Assembly: GCA_964016885.1 (NCBI GenBank)
Contig: OZ024740.1
Location: forward strand, 84,010,001 to 84,074,000
Length of the DNA: 64,000 nt
Direction of reading: 5' to 3'
Source of the DNA: Eledone cirrhosa
Lineage: Eukaryota
The translations under genes were made by a program, and so were the position numbers. Every line of letters starts with the position of its first letter. Positions within the stretch are counted from its first letter, which is position 1. The notes below the pieces were generated by a model that searched no databases, had not been told where the DNA came from, and was given only the letters and a program-made list of their open reading frames with translations. This document shows positions 1 through 12,150 of this stretch, one piece after another.

Positions 1-1384
1 CGTGGATGTTTCAACCTTACATTTGTAGACATTGTTACTAGAGAGGCAGTTCCCGGATAGGGGCCAATCAACCCGATTCCTACAATTACAATTAGTACTA
101 ACTACAGGGTTGCACGTGTTCCTACGGCTAGGTAGTTTAGCTAAATCTGAAGCTGTAATGTTATGTGCAAGGTTAGGAGTCGTAGAGTAAGACATTTTAA
201 TAGTATTTCTATTAAAAATGTTACTATATTTATGTGTAGGGGGAAAATGCTTCGTAATAAGGGATAGAAAGATCTTAGCTAATGGTGTGGCCACCTCCAT
301 ATTATATGGTGGGTTATACCATATAATGCGACGGGATCTATTTCTTCTAGGTCTATTCTCGTACTCTGAATATGCTACCTTATCGACAAATCCACTCCGA
401 GCAAGAGCTTCATTGTAATAAGTGGAATGGTCGTTGAAAATATGCTCGTTAGTAGATAGACGGGAAAGCCTCAGCGAAACGTTTCTTACCAGGTTCTTGG
501 TTAAGCTGGCAGGATGGTTAGAATTCTTACTTATGTAATTAAGCGTTTCATTCGGCTTTCTATACGGGTAATACAAGCCATTCGATAAATTTAGGGTAAC
601 GTCGAGGTAATTAACGACCGAGAGGTTGGCCTCAACCTGTATAGAGAGGTTGAAGCCTTTAAAGAAGGTTGTGAGTTCTTTTCTGAACCTGTCGCAAGCA
701 TGACGGCCGCACTTAGTCATTGTCAAAAGACCATCATCACGGTACAAACCACCGCTCGCGTTGGGGAATTCGTCCTTGATAGAGAAAAGAAGGAAAAGGC
801 CGATAAGATCAGTAACCTCCGCAGAATCGCTGGCGCCCTTACTCACGTCGAATGGGGTACTATTGGATTTTTTAATCGAAATAGAGTCATCGAAATTAAT
901 CACCGACTTACGGGCATTGAGGATGACATCAATTTCAAAATCCTTAACCACTGTGACTGTTTTAGCGAAATTGATAGCTCTAAGGAGAAGTGGTAAAGTG
1001 ATGGAGAAGTAGTAATTATTGATGTCGAATTGGATAAAACGGCAATGTTCCTCGTTGCATATGCCGTTGAACCAAACACCGCGAAAGAATTGTTCCACAG
1101 TGCAAGAGGGGCCAAACTTCTAATTTCAGGTATAATTCGATCAAGAATCCTTTACTAAGTCTACCTAAATCGGACTTCGTAAGGTTAATAAGCGGAATAG
1201 AGGGGTTGTTCGGAAAAATGGATTTGTGATCCTTCAGGGTAAGGTGGGGAGAAATAAGGTCCAGAGTTTCGGTCCGGTCCAGGATGTTGAGAGAAGTGGT
1301 GATTTTAAACCCAGCATCGTTGATTTCATTGATGACGCACCGATTAGTTTTACGGTAATCCTTAGTTACAGCATTATGTAGTAG
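1..1384 (-). pseudogene. Penelope-like element reverse transcriptase fragment (frameshifted, runs off window start)
   Basis: Minus-strand translations across frames give LTLKDHK..NNPSIPLINLTKSDLGRLSK, FIQFDINNYYFSIT, PFDVSKGASDSAEVTDLIGLF, catalytic GLYRDDGL (~730-750), VNYLDVTLNL and YYPYRKPNETLNYISKNSNHP, all typical of PLE RT and thumb. Confidence 0.9.
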
Positions 1385-1598
1385 TTGCAACGTTTTTTGA
1401 AATATCCACTTCTGCGTTTACAGATTGACTTTGTTAGTTTCAGAACATCCCGTTAAGGGTGAAAGCAGCGATTCTTTGCTTAAACTTTAATCTGTTATTT
1501 TAATAAATATTTGCTCTACGGTTCTTATATATTTGATATATATTTATCCTTATCGAGCCCTCTTTCGATTTTAGTCTTCAAATTTATTATTATTACTA
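1385..1598 (+). mobile_element. PLE pseudo-LTR/3' tail, joined in inverted orientation to the upstream RT fragment
   Basis: Near-identical to 27739-27951. Contains a decayed hammerhead-like core (CAGAACA-TCCC..GGGT-GAAA) and ends in (TA)n. Confidence 0.7.
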
Positions 1599-1609
1599 TA
1601 TATATATAT

Positions 1610-2958
1610 AGGCGGGTTATACAGGCGGATTATACCGAGATGACGGCCTCTTTGCCCTGCATAAAATTAACCCATGGACTACCGATGGGTTTCGGAAAAC
1701 CTTAACGCTTTCTTCAATAACCTAGGCCTCAGAATAACTATAGATTCGAGTTTAACTAAAGCCAACTACTTAGATGTAACTCTCGATTTAGAAACCTCCC
1801 TTTATTATCCGTACCACAAACATAACGAATCCTTTAGATATATAGACGTTAACTCGAATCACCCCAAGAACATCACAGATAATTTAGTTAAAAGTGTCTC
1901 CCTTAGGATTTCAGGCCTCTCCGCCAATGAGGATATCTTTAGGGCCGCGGCCCCCTATTACAACGAAGCCCTAGCCCGTAGCGGTTTTAAAGATAAGATC
2001 TCTTATTTCAGAATAGCCCCACGCCCACCCAGCAGGAATAGGAAGAGGCAAATTAGCTGGTACACCCCTTCAACCACGAGGTATCTACACCTATAGCAAA
2101 ACATGTAATTACTCTATTGCACAAACACTTCCCTACCCAACATAGGTACTACACCATCTTTAATAAGAATACACTCAGACTCTCTTACTCCCCTACACGA
2201 AATCTAGCTAGGAACCTAGCCAATATTAATATTACTAAGTTAAATAAGTCTACTACCTCCGAAACCCACCCTGGTACTGATATCCTGTGCAACTGTCACG
2301 ATAAGGCTGCATGCCCCTTCAGCAATAAATGCCTTACAAAGGATATTGTATACAAATGTGATGTCATCTCAGGCCCTGATGAAGAGAGGAAGACGTATAT
2401 CGGGATGACCTCCAACAACTTTAAGACCCGTTGGTACGCACACACCCATTCTTTTCGACGCCCGGACAAGTCCAACCAAACAACACTCGCGGCCCATGTC
2501 TGGGACCTAAAAAGGAACTCCATCCTCTTTACGCTCAAATGGAAACTACTCCAGGGAGCGCGGTCTTACACAGGAGGCCATAATTGTTGTGACCTTTGCA
2601 TTTCTGAGAGTTACGAAATACTATTCGCCAAAGGACCCTTACTCAATAGACTCTCAGAACACTTCCCGAACTGCATGCACCTTACAAGTCATATAGACCA
2701 GTTATTCCCGCTGAACGATGATCCCATATAACAACGTATTAGATATTAAACATTAAACACACTCCCCCGCGTCCCCCTCACATCCCAACCCTACCTTCGT
2801 TTTGTTACCTTTCAAACTTATAACTTATACTTTACTTTTCTCTACTTGTATTTTATGTTAATTAATTTTAATTTATGTTATTTGATGGTTTTTCATAACT
2901 TGATAGTTTCCTTAAATTTTCCCCTTTGAGTATTTTTATATTTATTTTTATATGTGTT

Positions 2959-2990
<32 letters not shown>

Positions 2991-3045
2991 CAAAATTAAA
3001 ATTAAGGGTTGTCATGTCTGAGAGACATGCGCCATATCTACTAGT

Positions 3046-3047
<2 letters not shown>
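1610..3047 (+). mobile_element. 5'-truncated Penelope-like element (RT C-terminus, thumb, GIY-YIG, 3' UTR)
   Basis: GLYRDDGL at ~1627. ORF 1674-2096 has NYLDVTLDL and NSNHP. ORF 2117-2731 has a CNC..CP...C linker, GIY-YIG-like IVYKC/YIGMTSNNFKTRW and CDLCISE. Flanked by (TA)n. Confidence 0.9.
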
Positions 3048-3096
<49 letters not shown>

Positions 3097-3913
3097 TAAA
3101 AGGAATTCCAACTTTGTCTGATTTACTCGTTTTATTTACAATCCTTTAAAATGTATAATGGTATTATAATGAAATAGTATGATAGAATATTAAATGTTAA
3201 GTGTTGATTGAACAAGTAATTTCATGCTTTCGAAATCTTCAGGTTCATAATGTGTGGTGACACTCAAGTTTGCAATTTTCAACTGTAATGAGATGGGTAA
3301 ATTTTGTACCTTATATACAGTGAAAAGTGGCTCCAGAATGCTAAATCTTGCAAACTGTATTTCGACCAATCGGTGTGTAGTTTCACTGAATTACTAAAGC
3401 TGGTTGGTTTAGGTGTCACGGTTGGCTGAGCATGTCTAACAACCACTAATTGTTCCTATCCAAAGCATCAATTGTTTTGCTATTTTTAGAAATGATGAAA
3501 ATAGCATTTTCTAGTAATCATCACTATCAACATCACTTTTATTATTATTATTATTGTTGTTGTTGTTGTTAGTGGTCGTAGTCATAATTATTATTATTAT
3601 TATTGTTCATTTAGCTTGGGTTTGAATTTATCAATAAAATTCTTTTCTTTGATTTTTCTCTTGATTTCACTTGGGCTGGGTAATTTGTAGAATGGGAATA
3701 TTATATATATTCCCTGACCACATGTTGCTAGATGGTTACTTAGGGGGTATCTGACGGACATTTGGGTCTCTGATTTGCTGTCGGTGTACCCGTGCACGTT
3801 CCGATAGTGCATTTCCAGTTTGACCGACATATAGTTCTTCACAATTTGGGCATTTAATGCAATAAATTAGATTTCTGCTTTTGCAGTTCATATTTGCATT
3901 TGGGAATATTAAT

Positions 3914-6425
3914 CTCAACAGAGATTACTCACAAGAAACTGGGCGAAAAAACCATCAAAACCTGAAAGCAAACCTGGGTCATTTCCTCAGATTGTTAAAA
4001 ATAATGCTAACAAGAAATGGAAAAATAATATACATAATACCAAAAATATGACAAAATACATAACGAAACCAAATGTAATATCACGACCAAAAGTTCATCA
4101 AGCGAACACCAACAGGAATATAAATCCTGAACAGAGAAAAATCCATTTTTGAACGTCAGGACAACAAAATCGGAAAAAGAAAAACTCCAGGAGGAAACAT
4201 ACCCAAAACAACTGTACACGTAGATCCTAAAATAATTAATTTATCCAAAAGAGATCTTGACTATGATGAAATGCAAATTCTGTCAAAAGTACTGAAATTC
4301 ACACCAACAATCAGCCACCAAGAACTGAAGGAGGATACCCAAGAATTCTGTCGAAAATTACGCCTTGTAGAATTCTTCGCTGATAAAAGTAATGAGAGTT
4401 ATGAATCACGAGTAAATAATGAATCAAATTTCACTCCGCGAAAAGGAAGAAATATCTATCTCGACCAATACATTGACATCCTGTCTAAATTTCCTCTTAG
4501 ACGTAATACTAATGTTAGGCCAAACATTAACAAATCAGAAATGTATGCACTTAAACGTATACAAAATGATAAAACAATAATAATTAAACAAGCAGATAAA
4601 GGGGGTGCAGTTGTTATAATGGATGCTGAATACTACAAGGATTTGGTTGAGGAACAACTGAAAGACACAACATTCTATCATGAAATACCGTCAAATATAG
4701 ACCACAACATCATGAAGAAGATCAACAACCTGGCTTCAAAATAGCACAACTCACTTACTGATAAGGAAAGAAACTACATCACCAATTTTGAGCCAAAACC
4801 CAGCAACCTGTATGGCCAACCGAAAGTTCATAAGTCAAAATAAATACAACTGGCAGTAAGAGATTAAAACAGTGAGTACATTAAATTACTACACCCAAAA
4901 TACTTTAAACTGAGACCTATTATAGCTGGTCCAACAATTTTGTTGACATTATTTTGAAACCACTATGTATTCAAATATCCAGTTTCATCCGGGATGATAT
5001 CGACTTCCTGTCCCATCTTCCCAAAACCACGGAAACGAATTCACTTCTACTTAGTTTTGATGTGGTACGCCTTTACACCAACATTACATGATTTGGGAAT
5101 AAAGGCGGTTAAATACTGGGTGGAAAAACATAGAGAAGTGATTCCCATCAGATTCACAGCGCCATTTATATTAGACGCAGTTAAACTTATTCTGAAAAAC
5201 AACACTTTCTTCTTCAATGGAAATAATTGCATCCAAATTAGAGGCACAGCGATGGGAACGAAGTTTGCTCCCGTTTACGCGAACTTTGTAATGGGATACT
5301 TAGAACAACAACTCTTCCAAGAAATAGAGGAAAAATATAGTACTGACTTTAGAAAGTACATTGAAAAATCTTGGAAGTGATAGCTTGACGACTGTTTCAT
5401 CATCTGGACAGAATCTCTAGATACTCTGGATGAGTTCAATATCCTCCTGAATAACCTACACCCAACTCTCCAATTCACAAAAGAAATGAGTAGGACCAAA
5501 TTTCCATTCCTAGATATAATGATAATCAAAAACGACACCACCATTACCACGGATATATATTATAAACACAGACACCCATCAATATCTGAATTTTAAGTCG
5601 GGCCATCCACCTCATACAAAACGCAACATCCCATACTGCCTAGCCAGAAGAATTTGTACCATTTTAGAAGTTACGAATACCAGGTACAAACACCTAACAG
5701 AACTAAGAGAATGTGTGCTCAAACAAATGTACCCATCTCTACTTATACAAAATTACATACAGCGGGCTATAAAAATACCTATACAACAACTTAGGACAAC
5801 CCACGGAAGAAGAAACCAAGAACTGGCCATACCATTTATAATGACACACAACCCATGTCACCAGAATATCTTCAACACTGCCAAAGCAAACCTACCAATC
5901 ATTGCTCAAAGTAATGAATTAAAAGGCTTACTCACAGATTGATCTTTGACTCTTAGTAAAAGACAGCCGAAAAATTTGAAGCAATTACTAACAAAAGCAA
6001 AGTTTGACCTTAACAACAAAGACCAATCATTCACTGTATCTAAATGCAATGATAGTCGATGCGGCACATGTAAATCTATACACGCCGGTCAATATATGAA
6101 AACAAAAACTGGAAAAATATTCCCAAATGTAAATATGAACTGCAAAAGCAGAAATCTAATTTACTGCATTAAATGCCCGAATTGTGAAGAACTATATGTC
6201 GGTCAAACTGGAAATGCACTATCGGAACGTGCACGGGTACACCGACAGCAAATCAGAGACCCAAATGTCCGTCAGATACCCCTAAGTAACCGTCTAGCAA
6301 CATGTGGTCAGGGAATATTTATAATATTCCCATTCTACAAATTACCCAGCCCAAGTGAAATCAAGAGAAAAATCAAAGAAAAGAATTTTATTGATAAATT
6401 CAAACCCAAGCTAAATGAACAATAA
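3914..6425 (+). pseudogene. PLE RT/GIY-YIG polyprotein pseudogene
   Basis: Fragments IIKQADKGGAVVIMD, LYGQPKVHK, LRPIIAG, GTAMGTKFAPVYAN, LDDCF, FPFLDI, CNDSRCGTC and NLIYCIKCPNCEELYVGQTG, with several stops and frameshifts. Confidence 0.92.
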
Positions 6426-6840
6426 TAATAATAATAACTATGACTACGACCATATCGACTACGACCACTAACAACAACAAAAACAACAATAATAATAATA
6501 ATGCTTTCTTTATTCACAATAAATAATATAACAATAATAATAATAATAAAAGTGATGCTGATAGTGATGATTACTAGAAAATGCTATTTTCATCATTTCT
6601 AAAACTAGCAAAACAATTGATGCTTTCGATAGGAACAATTAGTGGTCGTTAAACATGCTCAACCAACCGTGACGCCTAAACCAATCAGCTTTAGTAATAC
6701 AGTGAAACTACACACCGATTGGTCGAAATACAGTTTGCAAGATTTAGCATTCTGGAGCCACTTTTCACAGTATATAAGGTACAAAATTTACCCATCTCAT
6801 TACAGTTGAAAATTGCGAACTTGACTGTCACCACACATTA

Positions 6841-6879
6841 TGAACCTGAAGATTGCGAAAGCATGAAAGTATTTGTTCA
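6841..6879 (+). ncRNA. Minimal type I hammerhead ribozyme in PLE pseudo-LTR (inverted copy at 3209-3247)
   Basis: TGAAC-CTGAAGA-TTGC GAAA GCAT-GAAA-GTATTT-GTTCA. Stem I is TGAAC/GTTCA; core and GAAA intact; stem III mutated differently in the two copies. Confidence 0.7.
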
Positions 6880-7295
6880 ATTAACACTTAACATTTAATA
6901 TTCTATCATACTATTTCATTATAATACCATTATAAATTTTAAAGCATTATAAATAAAACGAGTAAATCAGACAAAGTTGGAATTCTTTTTTTATTAATAT
7001 AATCTTCTATACACAATCATACACACCCGTGTATATTTATCTATCTATCTATCTATATATCTATTAATCTAGCTGTCGTCTGTTCTACAGTGTGGATGTC
7101 ATTCACTTCGCACAGAAGTTTTGTTCAAATTTATTGAGGAAATTTTGTGAGTTCAAACTTAATTTTGATACAATTGTGTAGCTTGACCCTCCGTCTGAAC
7201 TGTCAGGCGGTGGGTCAGCTCATCTTTACCCCTCCTAGAGGTGAAAAACCTGTTTTAAAAAATTTTGTGTAAAAAATTTCAATCGTCTAACAGAA

Positions 7296-8753
7296 ATGTT
7301 AAACGCAGCGAACGAAAATAGTGGGGGGGGGACAGCGGTAAGAGTTGTAAGCTCGCACGCTTTAGTCCTCCCTTCCTTCCCAACTAACGTCATAGAGAAG
7401 GAAGGAAAAATTAAAATAAAAACGGACGAATCTGCGGAGAAAAAATTAAATGACGAAAACATAAATCTGGACTTGGATTCCAACAACGAAAAAAAAAAAT
7501 TTGAAAAATTGCATGACAATACTAATAACACAAACAAAGACACAACAAACAAAAAAATAACAGTTGAAAATAACACCATATCAGAAAACAAAGCAGACGA
7601 CAAGATTTCATTTGCACAGAAAACAAAGAAATCTTTGACTTATATAGCGGAAAACAATTCAGATGTGGTACGAAGGATCACGGACGCCAAACAATACATA
7701 AGTGAAGGTGAGAATGGTATTTTATCGGTAAAAATGCCTCAAGAATTCACGAAAGACATTGAAAGCCGAACGGTCAAGTTTCGGACCATCAACAACAGTA
7801 CAAAAAAACCTGAACAGCCTTCTCAAGCAGATATCAAAACAGTACTCACAGAAGTACTGAATGAAACAACTTTCATAAGAAAAGACAGACTGTATGGAAG
7901 CCTAGCAATTATCATGAAGAACGAATCGGCGGCAAAAAAAATGTGCTTTGTCACCGATTCGTTCGAAAAATTTCACCTTTTATCCATCTTATATGGGGAA
8001 AAGAACTCAACGCATATGGCTGGATGCAATGATGCCAGATGTGGACTACTGCTGGCTCATAGCTGGTTTCATCGATCCAGTGAATGACAACGTGATTTCC
8101 ATTGGGAAAACCACAGGCAATGCGTTCAGTGGAACAGGTATAGAGCTGGTAGTACAAATGAAGCCTGAACGCATCGCCCAAATACCCGACAGAATCCTAT
8201 TAGAGGACCACGGGTATATAAACATTAGCGTGGAGGGGAGAAGGCCGTCCTGCCATATCTGTGCAGGCAGAGGGCACCTGAAGGCCGCTTGTCCCCAACT
8301 CAACAAAAAGAAAACCCTGCTACCAACACCAGCTCCAACACCACCACCACAACAGATAAACAAACAACAAAACTCAGTCCCACCCAACCCGTCCCTCAGT
8401 AAAACCACAACACCACCACAACACAAACAGTCACAACACATTACCCCAAAACAAAATACAGGCCCGCCCAACCTCTCACTCAATAAAACAACACAACCAC
8501 CGCAGACACAACACACAACACAGTCTAACATAGTGACATCCATCTCCCCCACAAAGAAAACCAACACGGAAACATTACCAGCAAACATACCTCTTCCCTC
8601 CAACACTGAAGATAACCCAACGAATTCGGAGGAAGAAACGGAGTCCTTCAGACAGATTAAAAGGAAAAAAAGAAAACATGTGCAAAACACACAAGGACAA
8701 ACAACCCCCACCCAAATCGCAACACAATCCAACAAAACAGAAAACACCCCTCC
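7296..8753 (+). pseudogene. LINE ORF1 (frameshifted at A-run ~7935, truncated by deletion)
   Basis: ORFs 7296-8087 and 7948-8760 together match the 634-aa ORF1 of copy 2; zinc knuckle CHICAGRGHLKAAC. Confidence 0.88.
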
Positions 8754-11682
8754 GTTTTAACTTGGTCGATAGATATCGACTAGATTTTCCAACTGTGCCT
8801 ACCTGGACTTGGAGAAACCACAGTGGTCAATCTAGATCGTACTTAGATAGATTCTTAGTTAGAAGTAAGGATAGGGACATATTAAGCTGTCCAGAAATGC
8901 GCACGGTTGGCTACACGGATCACAAATTAGTGACCTGCGTGGTCAATCTCGAGAAAACACATAGACAGGGTCCCGGTTACTGGAAACTTAATTTGTCTTT
9001 ACCGGCAAAAGAGACTTACAGAAACCGGATTAGCAGATTAGTTAAGGAGAGGTTGACGGGTGCAATCGTCAACAACCGATGGTGGGCATCTCTCAAAAGA
9101 GAGATTAGAACAGAATCAATAAGTTATAGCAAGATGTTAGCTGCCGATAGGAATAGGAACGAGAAAGAATTAACAGGTAAATTAGAAGAGGCAATCAAGA
9201 GCGAAGATGTGGCCAGAGTGCTGGCATCGAGGACGGCCTTGAACCAGTTTTTCGATGCAAAGCACGAAGGCTGCGTCATTCGAAGTAAAATACGTGCTCT
9301 AGGTAATGAGGGGGCCAAAGCCGTTGGATGGGCCCGCGTGACAGAAGCTAAGAGTGGAAATCGATCCACCATCCGGTCGTTGCAAGACGAAGATGGACGA
9401 GTGATCCGGGAGCCTAAGCAGATGTGCGAGGCCTTTCAAAAGCACTCTGCCCGATTGTTCGGAGGAGGCGAGGTTCCGGGCCGGGGCGTGGATTTCGGTC
9501 TATACCTCGACGGCCTGCCGCGTCTCTCGAACGAAGAGGCAGAGTCCTGCGAGGGACCAATCTCGGCTGATGAGATCGGAGATGCGCTGAGCCAATGCAG
9601 CAGACGCAAATCTCCAGGTCTCGATGGTATACCTTACGAACTTTATTTAGCAATGCCGGTCTTCTTCTCCGAACTCCTCGAAGCGGTCTACTGCAATTGG
9701 CAGCAGAACAGGAGAATTCCTTGTTCTGTAGCCAAGGGCGTAGTCACGCTGGTGAGGAAGGACGAGAACAAGGGGGATAGTATAAATAATTTTCGACCCA
9801 TAACCCTGCTAAACACAGAGTTAAAGATTTTGGCCAAGGTGTTAGCAAAGAGGTTGGCGCTTGTCGTGGGTGGCCTGGTGGGAGATGCGCAGACATGTGC
9901 TATCCCATCCAGGTCCATTCACGATAACCTCCACCTCATGCGATACATCATAGAGAGGGTTGGCAACAAACCCGGCTTCGGTGGGGCCCTGATCAACTTG
10001 GGTCAGTCTAAGGCCTTCGATAGGGTCGACCATGGTTACCTGGATGCGGTGCTAGCGGCGGCTGGGTTCGGTCCTGTTTTCAGAGGTTGGATCACTGCCC
10101 TACATAGCAACCACATCTGTTCTAGGATCAAGGTGAACGGCTACCTTTCGAAGCCGTTCGAAATCACACGATCCATTCGACAGGGGTGCCCTCTCTCCTC
10201 CCTTCTGTACGTATTGACTCTCGAGCCTTTACTGAGGAAGTTGGAGTTGTTGCAGGGTATCCCCCTGGAACCAGGATTGAGCAAAGCGGTGTCGGCCTAC
10301 GCCGATGACGTAACAGTAATGGTATCAACCGACTCGGAGTTCGAGGCGATCGGTACCTTACTGGAGGAGTACGAAAGGTTGTCAGGAGCGAAACTGAACC
10401 GGGAAAAATCCATCGGGCTGCAACTCGGAACGTGGAGAGGCAAACCGATGCCTCCTGACGGTGTCGTCGGACACTGGACGGAGGGCCCGGTAAAGTTGCT
10501 TGGGGTCTGGTTTGGACCGGACCTCCAGGTGGAAAAGAACTGGAACGAGGTTACGAACAAGGTGTTTGCACTAACCCAGAAATGGGCCAAGTGTAAGCTG
10601 TCCCTAAAAGGCCGGGCGGAGGTGGCGAACATTTACATAGCGTCCGTCACTTACTACCGCCTGACTGTCGTGCCTTGCCCTAAGGAAACACTCACCACCA
10701 TGGAACGCATGCTCTTCCAATTTCTTTGGAAGAAGCGTCCTCCTATGGTGAGAAGATCCATCTGCTGCCAACAACCTTCGAAAGGAGGGCTGGGGATGCC
10801 GTGGTTGATGATGCGTAGGCACGCATTAAGGCTACGGCACCTACAGGTATTCCTCACTGGTCAACCGGTGTGGGCTCCGTTCGTGAAACGAGCCTTTCCG
10901 AGACTCGTCTCACTCACCGAGCTACAGTCCTGGGTCAAGCAAAGATCCGGAAAACTGGGAGACTGGCACACTGAGTGTGCTCAGGCGCTCAGGGCTCTCT
11001 GGCAAGCGGGCCGGGCCATCGGTGGAGAATCCACCTCATCATTCTATAGAGGGCTGGTGGCTAGCAGGGGCGATGACACCCTTGGAGAGTCGCTGGACAT
11101 GGAAGAAGACGAACTGGCCAGCCTGTTCGGTAGGACTTTCGGCCCAGCACCAATGGACAACTTCCAGAAGTCACTGGCCTGGCAGTGCTACCGAGGGGCT
11201 CTACCCGTTCGAGAGAGGCTCTACAGACACGGGCGCCCGGGCAGGGATCCCTCAAAAAAGATTTGCCCTAGATGCGTGCGTCACGAAGAAACCGTAGCGC
11301 ACGCATTGGTGCAATGTCCGGGCGTGGCTGATCTGTGGGGCTACGCCGAACAACTGCTGTCGCGGGTGGCGCCGATTAAATTGACCGCCGAGTCCGTGAT
11401 GACAATCAAACCGCCCCCCCCTTCTTCACAAAGGAAGCAAAGGCGGTTTTTCTGTGCGTAATAGCCATGTTGAAAGAGGTTGTTTGGTGGACACGATTGA
11501 AAGGTCTGAGGTCAGGCAACTTCCTCTCTGGCCATAGTCTGGTCTACTTCTTCCGATATCACTTCGGAAGAAGGATAAGAATGGAGAGAGAGGTGCTTGG
11601 CCACAGGCAGTTTTATGAAAGGTGGGTGATAGTGGCGAGAATGGCTCGTGTAAATGGGCCTTCTCTGTATACCATCCTGTAG
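8752..11682 (+). pseudogene. LINE ORF2: C-terminal part of APE endonuclease, RT and zinc-binding domain
   Basis: SYLDRFLV, TDHKLV, GPGYWKLN, KSPGLDG, NFRPITLLN, KAFDRVDH, RQGCPLS, AYADDV, KGGLG and CPRC..ETVAHALVQC. Lacks the endonuclease N-terminus; frameshift near 11415. Confidence 0.92.
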
Positions 11683-12150
11683 GTAAAGAAGTAAAGGAGA
11701 GGGGAGCACCTTCTCCATGTGCTCCCCGGGGAAAGGATTGCACACTTTTTCGGGGGTGTGTGCAACCCCCATCACGTCCCCTCCCTTTTGAGGTTATTTT
11801 CGATTATTTTCATGTTACACCCTTTTTACTCGATTATATGTAAACTCCCCCTTTGTATTTGTCCCTTCTTTTTATGCCTTTATGGTAAATAAAGAAATCT
11901 ATATATCTATATATCTATAGATCTAGCTGTCATCTGTTCTACAGCGTAGACGTAATTCACTTCGCGCAGAAGTTTTGTTCGAAATTATTGCGGAAATTTT
12001 GTAAGTTCAATTTTAATTTTGATACTATTGTGTAGCTTGACCCACCGTCTGAACTGTCAGGCGGTGGGTCAGCTCATCTTCGCCCCTCCCAGGGGTGAAA
12101 AACCTGTTTTTAAAAATGTTGTGGCATAAAATTTCAATCGTCTGACAGAA

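Larger units (their letters stand above)
3092..7032 (+). mobile_element. Penelope-like element with inverted 5' duplication of its 3' end
   Basis: 3092-3913 is the reverse complement of ~6116-6999. An internal decayed ORF and a short unique 3' tail follow. Inserted in (TA)n. Confidence 0.92.
7068..11898 (+). mobile_element. Tx1/L1-clade non-LTR retrotransposon, copy 1 (982-bp internal deletion)
   Basis: 5' UTR, ORF1 with CCHC knuckle, ORF2 with partial APE, RT and C-terminal Cys-His motif, 3' UTR ending AATAAAGAAAT. Highly similar to copy 2. Confidence 0.93.

Noticed and set aside
8678-11461. 927-aa ORF as an intact gene
   Set aside because: Its start is created by a deletion joining out-of-frame ORF1 sequence to mid-endonuclease, and the C-terminus is frameshifted.
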